From: an uncultured Methanosarcinales archaeon
Lineage (GTDB): Archaea > Nanobdellota > Nanobdellia > Woesearchaeales > JACPBV01
Assembly (NCBI GenBank): GCA_964577685.1
Contig: CAZNZT010000010.1
Span: forward strand, 1-49,682
Direction of reading: 5' to 3'
Length of the DNA: 49,682 bases
The first letter of the stretch is position 1, and each line of letters opens with the position of its first letter. Position numbers and translations under genes: made by a program. Shown piece by piece: positions 39,331 to 48,661 of the stretch. The notes under the pieces are model-generated. The model had not been told where the DNA came from and made no database searches. It saw only the letters and a program-made list of their open reading frames with translations.

Positions 39331-40303
39331 CTACCATCTCTTTTATAGCCTTTATTATCTTTTCCCTGGTCGGTATTATAGCATTCTCTAAGTTTGGAGC
39401 ACAGGGTAATGGGAGGTCTTCTGAAGCAATCCTTCTTATTGGATATTTCAAAGAATAAAATTTTTTTTCTGCAATTCTAGAAACAATTTCCGCACCAACA
39501 CCGCCGGTTTTACATCCTTCTTCAATGACTATGGCCTTTCCTGTTTTTTTTATAGATTTAAATATTGTTTCTGTATCCAGCGGACTTATTGTCCTTATAT
39601 CAATTATTTCAGGATTAATTCCTTCTTTTTTTAACTCGTTTACAGAATCCAAAGCCAGCTTAGTACCTATTGAATAGCTAATTATTGTTATATCTTTTCC
39701 TTTTAACTTAATCTCTGCCTTTCCTAGGGGAATAGTATAATCTCCTTCAGGTACATTGCCCTTTACACCATAAAGTCTTTTTCCTTCTAAAAATATTACG
39801 GGGTTATTGTCTCTAATAGAACTTTTTAATAATCCTTTTGCATCGTATGGACTAGAAGGAGCAACAATTTTTATACCCGGTATTGTGATTAACATGGACT
39901 CTAAACTTTGCGAATGTGTGGCCCCATAGCCTCTTCCTGCACCCATGGGTGTTCTTATCACTAAAGGTACATTTAGTTGTCCATTTGATATATATCTGAA
40001 CTTAGCTGCGTGATTTAGTATTTGATCAATAGCCAAGGTTATAAAATCCATGAACATTATCTCTACTACTGGCCTCATTCCACCTATTGCAGCACCAGTA
40101 GCAATTCCAGTTATTGCCGCTTCAGACATTGGTGTATCAATCACTCTTTCTTTACCAAATCTTTTTAGAAGACCTTTTGTAACACCAAAAGCCCCTCCAT
40201 ATACCCCTATATCTTCCCCCATAAGGAAGACCTTTTCATCTCTTTCCATCTCTTCTATTAATGCCTCCCTTATTGCTTCAATATAATATATCTCTTTCAT
40301 CAT
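39320..40303 (-). CDS. 2-oxoacid/acetoin dehydrogenase E1 beta-like subunit
   Basis: MGEDIGVYGGAF.VT.GL, DTPMSE, EIMFMDF, ATHSQSLE, IDIRTISPLD. Confidence 0.95.
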   Translation of the reverse strand: MMKEIYYIEAIREALIEEMERDEKVFLMGEDIGVYGGAFGVTKGLLKRFGKERVIDTPMSEAAITGIATGAAIGGMRPVVEIMFMDFITLAIDQILNHAAKFRYISNGQLNVPLVIRTPMGAGRGYGATHSQSLESMLITIPGIKIVAPSSPYDAKGLLKSSIRDNNPVIFLEGKRLYGVKGNVPEGDYTIPLGKAEIKLKGKDITIISYSIGTKLALDSVNELKKEGINPEIIDIRTISPLDTETIFKSIKKTGKAIVIEEGCKTGGVGAEIVSRIAEKKFYSLKYPIRRIASEDLPLPCAPNLENAIIPTREKIIKAIKEMVDEL

Positions 40304-40308
40304 AACAC

Positions 40309-41259
40309 CTATGCATATAGATTCTCATACATACTACTTGGATTAGGTTCTGGACTTTCTGTAGCAAATTCTACTGCTTTTTCAATTTCTAATTTAATGT
40401 TCTCTTCTATCTTTATGATTTCTTTCTCACTCAAAATTTTATCTTTAATCAATTTATTTCTTAGTATTAATATAGGATCCTTTTTTTTCCATTCCTCTTC
40501 CTCTTCCCTTGTCCTGTATACACATTGGTCATTCTTGGAATGGCCTTTGAATCTATATGTTTTACACTCTATAAGTGTAGGACCCACACCATCCCTAGCT
40601 TTTTTAACAGCTTCTTCAACAGTTTTTTTTACAATAAATATATCATTACCGTCAATACTCTTGCCCTCAAAGCCATATGCCTCTGCTCTTTTAGATATAT
40701 CTTCTATTAACATAGAATCTCTAACTGAAGTCGACATAGCATATAAATTGTTCTCACAGATAAAAACTATTGGTAATTTCCATAGTGCAGCAATATTTAA
40801 GGTTTCATGAAAGTATCCCTCATTTGTTGCTCCATCACCAAAAAAACAAAGAACAACTTGTCTTGATTTTTTCATTTTGAATGCAAGAGCTATCCCAGCT
40901 GCTATTGGAATACATCCTCCTGTGATACCATTTGTTAAAAATCCCTTCTCAATACATATTGTGTGTTGTGTTCCTGCCCTCCCTTTACAGTAACCATCTT
41001 TTTTGCCTTGTAATTCCGCCATAAATTTTTTTATATCAAGACCCTTTGCTATAGCATGACCATGTCCTCTATGGGTACTCGTAATAAAGTCATCCTCATT
41101 TAAGGCTGCACAAGCACCTACAGCTACTGCCTCTTGCCCAATACATAGATGGGCTGTACCATGGATAAGGCCCCTAGTAAAAAGAAAATCAATCTTTTCT
41201 TCAAAATACCTAATCTTAAGCATTGTTTTATAATATTCAATTAATTCTTTTTTTTCCAT
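40309..41259 (-). CDS. 2-oxoacid/acetoin dehydrogenase E1 alpha-like subunit (ThDP)
   Basis: GQEA, STHRGHGH, GDGATNEG...ENN ThDP motif, TYRFKGHS; GGTGA SD places start at 41259. Confidence 0.95.
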   Translation of the reverse strand: MEKKELIEYYKTMLKIRYFEEKIDFLFTRGLIHGTAHLCIGQEAVAVGACAALNEDDFITSTHRGHGHAIAKGLDIKKFMAELQGKKDGYCKGRAGTQHTICIEKGFLTNGITGGCIPIAAGIALAFKMKKSRQVVLCFFGDGATNEGYFHETLNIAALWKLPIVFICENNLYAMSTSVRDSMLIEDISKRAEAYGFEGKSIDGNDIFIVKKTVEEAVKKARDGVGPTLIECKTYRFKGHSKNDQCVYRTREEEEEWKKKDPILILRNKLIKDKILSEKEIIKIEENIKLEIEKAVEFATESPEPNPSSMYENLYA

Positions 41260-41272
41260 TAGAAGTATCACC

Positions 41273-41542
41273 TTATTTGTTTAGTTCATCTGGAATTTCT
41301 TCACCTTCTTCTCCTATTACTGCAATAACAGATGTTACTGGGACATTTGACCCCTCTTTAGCTATTATCTTAAGTAAAGTACCAGATGCCTCTGCCTCTA
41401 CATCAAATACAGCTTTCAAAGTTTCTAAAACAAACAATGGCTCTCCTTTTTTTATTTTATCCCCTTCTTTTTTTAACCATTTCACAATCCTCCCTTCCTC
41501 CATATTCGCTTCTAACTTTGGAAGTATAACTTTCGTTACCAT
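41273..41542 (-). CDS. Stand-alone lipoyl domain protein
   Basis: 89 aa: LPKL...MEEG.I.KWLKKEGD...ETLKA..DVEAEASG...V.V...IAVI; lipoyl Lys retained; no E2 catalytic domain. Confidence 0.92.
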   Translation of the reverse strand: MVTKVILPKLEANMEEGRIVKWLKKEGDKIKKGEPLFVLETLKAVFDVEAEASGTLLKIIAKEGSNVPVTSVIAVIGEEGEEIPDELNK

Positions 41543-41544
41543 TT

Positions 41545-42294
41545 TTATTCGCTCTTTATTATTTTTGACACAACACCTTGAACAATTGCTTTCTTTGGTA
41601 CATCTACACTCACAACCGAACCAACTTTAATAACAGCATTATCACCTATATTGACTTCTGGTAGAATAGTGCTATTTGGTCCTATGAATACATACTTTCC
41701 TATTTTTACTGGTTTTTTACCAATATAATATGCCTTAAATGGGGCCATATGTGACAGACTAACTAATCTATCAGAATTGTCTATTTTAAAAAGGGCTGTT
41801 CCAGAGTAGATTAAAGAACCAGAAGTTATAGCTGAGTAATCCCCAATTACAACTCCGCTCCTACCCATTATAACAACATTAGAACCAATATGTACATAGT
41901 TCCCAATTTTGACAAATCCACCATTACCACCACCCTCAATTTTTAGATTCCTGTCTAGATGACAGTTATCCCCAATCTCAACTACTTCTGGAAAAGAAAT
42001 GGAAACATCCTGGTCTATGATAACATCCTTACCCATTTTTTTTAACTTAGCTTTATAGTAAGCTCCTCTAAGAAAATAACCAATAGAATTTCTTGAATAA
42101 ACCCTAGCGATAGTTTCAACTACTGAAGAAACTATTGGTATTTTAGCTAAAATCCATATTACAACAAAAACAAAGAACATGACTACTTTTATAGACAGTA
42201 CTATTAGTTTTTCTCCTTTTTTTATTTTAATATCCCTATTGAATGTAAAATCTCCCCTTAATGCTTTTACAATAAAGATATCGGAATATAACAT
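41545..42294 (-). CDS. Left-handed beta-helix (hexapeptide) acyltransferase with N-terminal hydrophobic segment; start uncertain
   Basis: Repeats VEIGDN, VKIGNY, VVIGDY, VKIGKYVFIGPNSTILPEVNIGDNAVI..GSVV..DVP. Confidence 0.88.
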   Translation of the reverse strand: MLYSDIFIVKALRGDFTFNRDIKIKKGEKLIVLSIKVVMFFVFVVIWILAKIPIVSSVVETIARVYSRNSIGYFLRGAYYKAKLKKMGKDVIIDQDVSISFPEVVEIGDNCHLDRNLKIEGGGNGGFVKIGNYVHIGSNVVIMGRSGVVIGDYSAITSGSLIYSGTALFKIDNSDRLVSLSHMAPFKAYYIGKKPVKIGKYVFIGPNSTILPEVNIGDNAVIKVGSVVSVDVPKKAIVQGVVSKIIKSE

Positions 42295-42301
42295 TTTTAT
42301 T

Positions 42302-43276
42302 TTAAGACAAACTAAAAAACCACTCATACCATTTATATGTATGCCTCAACCCTTCTTCTAGGGAGTATTTTGGTTTCCATAAAAGTATGCTTCTTGCTTT
42401 CTCTGTGCATAAATATTGTTTTTTTATCTCCCCTTTTGCTTTGTTTAGGATTATGGGTTTAATTTTGTTTTTTTTAGAGATCTTGATTATTATTTTCACC
42501 AACTCTATAACACTAATTGGTTTTTCAGTTCCAAAATTAAACGCCTCCCCCCTCACATTTTTCGTCTTTAATTTTTCAGCTAATAAAAGATAAGCATCAA
42601 CAATGTCTTTTACAAATATATAATCTCTAATGTACTTACCATCACTCCTTATTATTGGTCTTTGGTTAAATATCAATGATTTTATTGTTCCTGGAATTAT
42701 CCTATTAAAGTTCAAATCCCCACCACCATAGATGTTTCCACACCTAGTAATGGCTATTGGCATTCCATAGGTATGTGCATATGCCTGTGCTAGTATATCT
42801 GCACAACTTTTTGAAGCATCATAGGGATGTAAACCCATAAGTTTTGCATTCTCTTTGTATGGAAGTTTTTCATGGGTGCCGTAGGCCTTATCACTTGAGG
42901 CAACAACTATTCTTTTTATTAGTTCATTTCTCCTTGTTGCTTCCAAAATATTCCAAGTTCCTTTAATGTTGGATTCAAATGTGGATAATGGATTTCTATT
43001 CGCTGTTCCAACAATAGTTTGAGCTCCAAGGTGAAAAAGAGAATCAATTTCGTATTCATTTAAACATCTTTCTATAGTAGCATAATCTTCAAGGCACCCT
43101 TGTACTATATTGACTTTATTTATTAGTCCCGTTAATATAATCTCAGACTTTGGTACCCAGTCTCTCATTAATATTGTGACATTAGCTCCTTTATTGACTA
43201 ATTCTTTAGTTAGCCACGAACCTAATATCCCGGTTGCTCCAGTTATAAATACCTTTTTATCCTCCCAAAAGCCCAT
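42302..43276 (-). CDS. rfbG: CDP-glucose 4,6-dehydratase-like SDR
   Basis: [43 protein letters not shown]...RIIP; directly follows rfbF. Confidence 0.8.
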   Translation of the reverse strand: MGFWEDKKVFITGATGILGSWLTKELVNKGANVTILMRDWVPKSEIILTGLINKVNIVQGCLEDYATIERCLNEYEIDSLFHLGAQTIVGTANRNPLSTFESNIKGTWNILEATRRNELIKRIVVASSDKAYGTHEKLPYKENAKLMGLHPYDASKSCADILAQAYAHTYGMPIAITRCGNIYGGGDLNFNRIIPGTIKSLIFNQRPIIRSDGKYIRDYIFVKDIVDAYLLLAEKLKTKNVRGEAFNFGTEKPISVIELVKIIIKISKKNKIKPIILNKAKGEIKKQYLCTEKARSILLWKPKYSLEEGLRHTYKWYEWFFSLS

Positions 43277-43278
43277 TT

Positions 43279-44067
43279 TCAACTCCACTTTTTCCAATAA
43301 GCTTTATTGTTCTTCCATAATTCATTTAGCACTCTTGTATCCTTGTAGGTATCCATACATTTCCAAAATCCTTTATGTTTATATGCAATTGCTTGCCTTT
43401 CTTTAGCAAGTTTCTCAAAAGGTTCCTTTTCTAATATATCATTTTCCCTTATGTAGTCAAATATCCTTTTGTTAAAAACAAAAAAACCTCCCGAAATCCA
43501 CTGATTAAGCAGGGGTTTTTCTTCAAATTTGGTTATTATTCCTTCTTCATTTATTTCAACAACACCAAACTGCGATGGTGGATTAACACATGTTATCGTT
43601 GCTATTTTTTTATTTTTTTTATGGAAATCCAGCAATTTGTTTAAATCTATATCGGATAGCCCATCACCATAAGTAACAAAAAAATCATCCCCCCCTATGT
43701 ACTCCTCTATTTTTTTAATTCTTCCCCCTGTATTAGTTTCCTGACCAGTATCAACAAATGTTATTTTCCAATCTTCATGTTTTACTTTGTAGTTATTTGC
43801 TTTATAGATAATTTCATGTTTTTTACTTTTAAAATCAAGAATAAAATCATTGTATCTCCAATCTGCTTGATTCATAAAATACTCCTTTATCATTTCACCC
43901 TTATATCCTAGGCATAAAATAAAATCATTAAATCCGTAATACGAATAAATCTTCATTATATGCCATAATATCGGTTTACCGCCTATCTCCACAAGTGGTT
44001 TTGGAAGAACCCCAGTAAGTTCTCTTAGTCGTGTTCCTTTCCCCCCACACAGTATAGCTACTTTCAT
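43279..44067 (-). CDS. rfbF: Glucose-1-phosphate cytidylyltransferase
   Basis: [11 protein letters not shown]...[45 protein letters not shown]. Confidence 0.93.
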   Translation of the reverse strand: MKVAILCGGKGTRLRELTGVLPKPLVEIGGKPILWHIMKIYSYYGFNDFILCLGYKGEMIKEYFMNQADWRYNDFILDFKSKKHEIIYKANNYKVKHEDWKITFVDTGQETNTGGRIKKIEEYIGGDDFFVTYGDGLSDIDLNKLLDFHKKNKKIATITCVNPPSQFGVVEINEEGIITKFEEKPLLNQWISGGFFVFNKRIFDYIRENDILEKEPFEKLAKERQAIAYKHKGFWKCMDTYKDTRVLNELWKNNKAYWKKWS

Positions 44068-46394
44068 TATGCTTCTGAGTAATCTGAAGCCATATTTAAG
44101 TTTTTATGTTTTTTGAACACCCCTCTAAGAAAATATAACAAAACCAGAATCAGTGTAACCATTGTGATTGCAACACCAATCATATATGATTTTGGTTTAT
44201 ACTCAAATACTATATCTTTTTCATTACCTTCTAAATAAATAGAGCTTATCATCATATCAGCATTATAAATCTTTTTTTCTTTACCGTTTGATCTGGCTTT
44301 CCACCCTGGAAAAACAGAGAACTTTTCACTATAAACAAGAAACCCTCTATATTTTTTTTCTAGTTTTATCTCTCTCCTGTCAAAATTATGCATTATGATG
44401 CTCTTATCATCTATTTGGGTCAATGTACCATTCATTGATTTGAGTAGATTGTTTATTTCTTCCGTTGCTATCGTATTTTCTCCTTTTGTGATATCAGGCA
44501 CCAAAATTCCACCATGGTCCACATATTGTTTCAACTTAAAAATTGAATTTTCATCTACAGAACCCATAGTTAAGAATACCACTTTGAACCTGTTTAATTC
44601 TTCAATATCATATTCATTTATACTCTTCTTGCCCCTTATTATCACTTGTTTGGATGGCCTAAACTCTTTATTTAACATCAGAGCATATATTGTATCCCTT
44701 ACAGAATTTTTCTCTCCTACAACAAGAATGCTGTTATTTACTATATATGCCCTTGGCAGAAATCTCTCATTTTCATATAGGTATGGTCCCCATGCTTTTG
44801 CTAAGGGCGTATCTGACCAACATATACTACAATTTTTAAATTTTTTAATAAACCTAAATCCAGATACATTTATCTTCTTCTGTGAGGTTATATACTTTAC
44901 ATTAAGTATCCCCCAAAATTTTGCTGGATTATTAAGAGCAACTGCTAGATAAACATTCATATATGGGGGATGCCACATTGGGGTGTACTTATATATATGT
45001 TCTAACCTTAATGGGACATTATAAAAGTCTGTACCCCAGTCTATTCCTCTTGTTTCCCAAGTTTGTATCCTAAACCATCCCTGTTTTTTGCTTATACTCT
45101 GGAGTATATGGTTACTTTTTATTACTTTCTCAGCATCTGGCCATTTTTTTGGATCCCCTCCAGTGTATGGGCTATAGTTAAATATGCCAAGGTCTATTAT
45201 TAACAATAAGATTAGTATAATATAGATCATATTTTTGTGTCTTTTTATTTTTCTAAAAAACTCTTCTGCACCAAAACCAGCAACTATTGAGCAGGAAAAA
45301 GAAAAAAGAAAAAGGCTCCTGTCCATGTATCTTAGGCTTTTAAAGAAAGGAAAAAAACGCCAAAGAAGATAATATATATTAAATGTATTGGTAGCCGCAA
45401 ATATGCTAAATAAAGCAATAAAACCAAAAAATAGAACGTTTTTATTTTTGTACTTTTTGTATAATGAAAAAAGAACCAAAATAAAAGCAACTATGCCTAT
45501 ATGGTCTCCTGTTCCTACCCTTCTTATCTTTGGCATTCCCTTGTATATTGGCTCTATTAGTCTACTAAAAAGTTCCCCATACCTAACCCTCCTGCCGCCA
45601 GCTATTTTCCAATCTGTTACCCCTCTGCTTGTAAGTTTAATTGACTCCATATTAGGGATTATCCTATGTGCAGAAAGGCCAAAGAAAACCAAAAAAATCA
45701 TCAAACCAACAATTAATATCTTTATTGCATTTTTCTTTGTAGGTTTGGTTATAAAATCAAAGATAAGATAGAAACCAAAAATAATTCCAAACCACATAGT
45801 TACTTTCATGTCTGGGTTGAACCTAAAAAGTAAAGAAAAAATAATTCCTGCTAATATGGGATTCTTAATAGTAAATTTTTCTTTTACAGCTTTCATACCA
45901 AATAAAAAAGCTAAAGGTAACAAAGCATATCCACCAAGTGTTGTAAGCCACCCCCAACTAAGTAACTTTGACATATGAGCATTCAAAATATATGCTAACG
46001 CAGAAACAAATGCAAATTTTTTATTTAACTTAAGATAAATCATAAGAGAATACATTGAAAAACCAGAAATTAGGAACAATAGCACATATGTCAATTTTAA
46101 TGCTATTATAGTCCTTGGCAAAATCAATACTAAAAAACCTAGCAGGCTATCTGGTCCTAAATATGGCAACATAAGAAATAATGTACCACTGAAACCATAC
46201 GGATCCCATAAAGGCCATAAATCTTTGTAATCAAAAATAGAAATCTTAAGCTTCTCAGCTATAGGGTAGTAAGTTGAAGTAATATCATGTGCCGGAAGCC
46301 TAGGATTGAAAAAATAAAATAGATGTACAACAGTCAGAAAAACTAAAGCCAAAATATAAGGTAAATATGATTTTATTCCTTTCAATCTTGCCAT
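44067..46394 (-). CDS. YfhO-like GT-C membrane protein
   Basis: N-terminal HD...YYP...PLWDPY.FSG, ILNVKYI, YENERFLPRAY, LVYSE...PGWKA...F.YKP plus terminal TM. Confidence 0.8.
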   Translation of the reverse strand: MARLKGIKSYLPYILALVFLTVVHLFYFFNPRLPAHDITSTYYPIAEKLKISIFDYKDLWPLWDPYGFSGTLFLMLPYLGPDSLLGFLVLILPRTIIALKLTYVLLFLISGFSMYSLMIYLKLNKKFAFVSALAYILNAHMSKLLSWGWLTTLGGYALLPLAFLFGMKAVKEKFTIKNPILAGIIFSLLFRFNPDMKVTMWFGIIFGFYLIFDFITKPTKKNAIKILIVGLMIFLVFFGLSAHRIIPNMESIKLTSRGVTDWKIAGGRRVRYGELFSRLIEPIYKGMPKIRRVGTGDHIGIVAFILVLFSLYKKYKNKNVLFFGFIALFSIFAATNTFNIYYLLWRFFPFFKSLRYMDRSLFLFSFSCSIVAGFGAEEFFRKIKRHKNMIYIILILLLIIDLGIFNYSPYTGGDPKKWPDAEKVIKSNHILQSISKKQGWFRIQTWETRGIDWGTDFYNVPLRLEHIYKYTPMWHPPYMNVYLAVALNNPAKFWGILNVKYITSQKKINVSGFRFIKKFKNCSICWSDTPLAKAWGPYLYENERFLPRAYIVNNSILVVGEKNSVRDTIYALMLNKEFRPSKQVIIRGKKSINEYDIEELNRFKVVFLTMGSVDENSIFKLKQYVDHGGILVPDITKGENTIATEEINNLLKSMNGTLTQIDDKSIIMHNFDRREIKLEKKYRGFLVYSEKFSVFPGWKARSNGKEKKIYNADMMISSIYLEGNEKDIVFEYKPKSYMIGVAITMVTLILVLLYFLRGVFKKHKNLNMASDYSEA

Positions 46395-46402
46395 TTTTAT
46401 TT

Positions 46403-47041
46403 TCAGTTGAACCTTTCAAATCCTTTCGTTATAGGTAAAAATAATTTCTTAAATGGAACAAATTTATACAATCTAAATGCCATTTTTCTCATAAATCTAT
46501 ATATGGTTGTTCTTGTTACTTTACTATCTTTGAAATTAAATTTATTAAATGAAATTACCTGATTACTGCTATACCTCCTAGGTAGGGGGTTTGGCTTTTT
46601 CTTATAATAACCAAGTGCAACATAAGCAATTGGATCATAGTGTCCAGGTATTCCCAATAATTTTCTTATAATTTTTTTTGGAGATAGATGACAAATCCAA
46701 CAAGAGCCAATTCCCAAAGCATATGCAGCAAGAAGCATATTCTGGATAGCTGCAGATGCACTTTGAATATAATCAAAATATTCTGGATTTTCTGATCTAT
46801 TGTCGTATAATACTAATATCCCAATTGGAGCATATCTTATAAATTCTATTGTTCCTGTATTAATCAATTTTTCTTTTATTTTCTGATCAGTTATTACTAT
46901 AAACTTCCATCCTTGAATATTGCATGCAGAAGGAGCAGATATAGCTGCAGATATTATTTTTTCAATTTTTTCATACTCAATCTTTTTTTTTGTAAATCTT
47001 CTTATACTTCTCCTTCCATGTATAGCTTCAAATATATCCAT
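46403..47041 (-). CDS. Nitroreductase family flavoprotein
   Basis: RRSIRRF, APSACN.QGW.F, AIQNMLLAA.ALGIGSCW. Confidence 0.92.
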   Translation of the reverse strand: MDIFEAIHGRRSIRRFTKKKIEYEKIEKIISAAISAPSACNIQGWKFIVITDQKIKEKLINTGTIEFIRYAPIGILVLYDNRSENPEYFDYIQSASAAIQNMLLAAYALGIGSCWICHLSPKKIIRKLLGIPGHYDPIAYVALGYYKKKPNPLPRRYSSNQVISFNKFNFKDSKVTRTTIYRFMRKMAFRLYKFVPFKKLFLPITKGFERFN

Positions 47042-47043
47042 GT

Positions 47044-48642
47044 TTATAACCTTATACTCTGGATCAGCTTAATTTTTTTTTGATATCCCCTAAATCTTAC
47101 CCCCCTTATTTTAATTTCTTGCCGTTGGAAAAATTTTGAGGATGGAATATACCTAAACGAAAATTTGTCTATTGAAAATATCTTTATTTTTGTTTTTGAG
47201 ATTATCGTGTCATATATTGTGACTCTATCCTTTCTAAATAGAATTTCCCTAGTAAACCTTGCATTATCAAGATTTTTTCTTGTGATTAGTATCTTTTTTA
47301 TTAATTCCCTTATTGGTTTGCTAATGCATCCATGCACTAGAATAAATCTTAAGGCTATGTGCTTCAATACAGTAGGGACAACCCATTTTATATTGTGAAA
47401 TCTACCACTTATCATTACATAATCTCTCTTAACCCTTATTTCTCTTTTATTGTCCCAATATGCAGAAGATGCTATCTTGTTCTTATTTTTTATTATATAA
47501 CCACAATCAGAAAATAGGATTTTGTTATTTTTACAATCATAAGCCCTTATAACTCCTCCTTTTTTTGTTCCTATTATTATATATTTATTCATTGATTTTT
47601 TTATTAATATTCCTGCTTCTTGGAAATATTTTTTAAAGTCCTCTTTTCTTTCAAAAGGAAGTAGTTTTCTTTTATTGTTTTTGGCAGTATAATCTAAAAA
47701 TGTTTGTATATATTGATGGAGATAGATGGGGACATAACGATTGTCCATTACGTTTGGTGATACCATATTTTTTTCATTTAGTGATTTCGATATAAATTGG
47801 ACTATTGAGTTAGATAAAGGATTAAACTTAGCCATAATGCCGAAACCATGCGGTACAAGATATTCTGTATTTCTTGCAGTATATTCTCCTCCAGCTGTAC
47901 CGTTTGGATGTAAAAGATAGCTAATAAATTCTATTGCCCTATTTAATGGTTTGATTACCCTCTTGTCTTTACTTTTCTTGTAATATGTTGCAAGAAAGTC
48001 AATGGTATAACTCAAATATCCTACATCACATCCCCCATATTCAGGAAACCATCCTTCTTTTGTCTGACTTTTTAGTACAAACTTCAATTTTTTTTCAAAA
48101 GAATTTTTTAATTCAGTTTTTTTCAATATCTGATTGATACAATATATTGCTAAAGTAGCCATAGTTTCTTGGTTTAAAACCTTTGGTTCAATATTTTTTG
48201 AAAGAAAATCTGCAGACCGTTCAAACATTTTCATTATCCTTTTTTTGTCATCTATTTTAATTTCGTCTCTTACGAGGTAAAATGCTTCAGCACAAGGATA
48301 CATAGCAAGCGCCGTACCTATATATGATTTCTCATTTGGGTAGTATTCATCAAAACTTCCATCTTTTTTTTGGATTTTGATAAGAAATCTTAGTCCTGCT
48401 ATTATCCATTCTAATATCCGTTTATTATTGTAATAGGGGTTTTTTGGTAGTTTATTTTTATATAAAAGCGCTAAAGATAAAACAGCCCCTTGTAAGCTTG
48501 CATAAGGCGTATCTGATTTTTTATACTGCCAGAACTCCCTATCAAAAGAACCATATGTCGGAGAAAAAGGATTTCTATCTTGCAAACTCAATATATAAGG
48601 AATTCTGGAAAGGGCAATGTCCAAAAATATTTTTTTTGTCAT
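47044..48642 (-). CDS. Uncharacterised soluble protein, probable alpha/alpha-toroid plus beta-sandwich
   Basis: 532 aa; repeats Q.KDGSFDEY and QTKEGWFPEY, beta-rich C-terminus; co-oriented in the glycan operon. Confidence 0.6.
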   Translation of the reverse strand: MTKKIFLDIALSRIPYILSLQDRNPFSPTYGSFDREFWQYKKSDTPYASLQGAVLSLALLYKNKLPKNPYYNNKRILEWIIAGLRFLIKIQKKDGSFDEYYPNEKSYIGTALAMYPCAEAFYLVRDEIKIDDKKRIMKMFERSADFLSKNIEPKVLNQETMATLAIYCINQILKKTELKNSFEKKLKFVLKSQTKEGWFPEYGGCDVGYLSYTIDFLATYYKKSKDKRVIKPLNRAIEFISYLLHPNGTAGGEYTARNTEYLVPHGFGIMAKFNPLSNSIVQFISKSLNEKNMVSPNVMDNRYVPIYLHQYIQTFLDYTAKNNKRKLLPFERKEDFKKYFQEAGILIKKSMNKYIIIGTKKGGVIRAYDCKNNKILFSDCGYIIKNKNKIASSAYWDNKREIRVKRDYVMISGRFHNIKWVVPTVLKHIALRFILVHGCISKPIRELIKKILITRKNLDNARFTREILFRKDRVTIYDTIISKTKIKIFSIDKFSFRYIPSSKFFQRQEIKIRGVRFRGYQKKIKLIQSIRL

Positions 48643-48661
48643 TTTTTGAAGTTTAATTTTA

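Noticed and set aside
39320..41542. Ordinary complete pyruvate dehydrogenase operon
   Set aside because: No E2 catalytic domain or E3 in the window, and the lipoyl ORF ends cleanly just before E1alpha; a housekeeping role using distant genes cannot be excluded.
290..48656. The many 60-185 aa ORFs nested antisense or out-of-frame in long genes (e.g. 44395-44952, 40397-40810, 24099-24485)
   Set aside because: Fully overlap well-supported genes and have no motifs; typical of antisense frames in AT-rich DNA.
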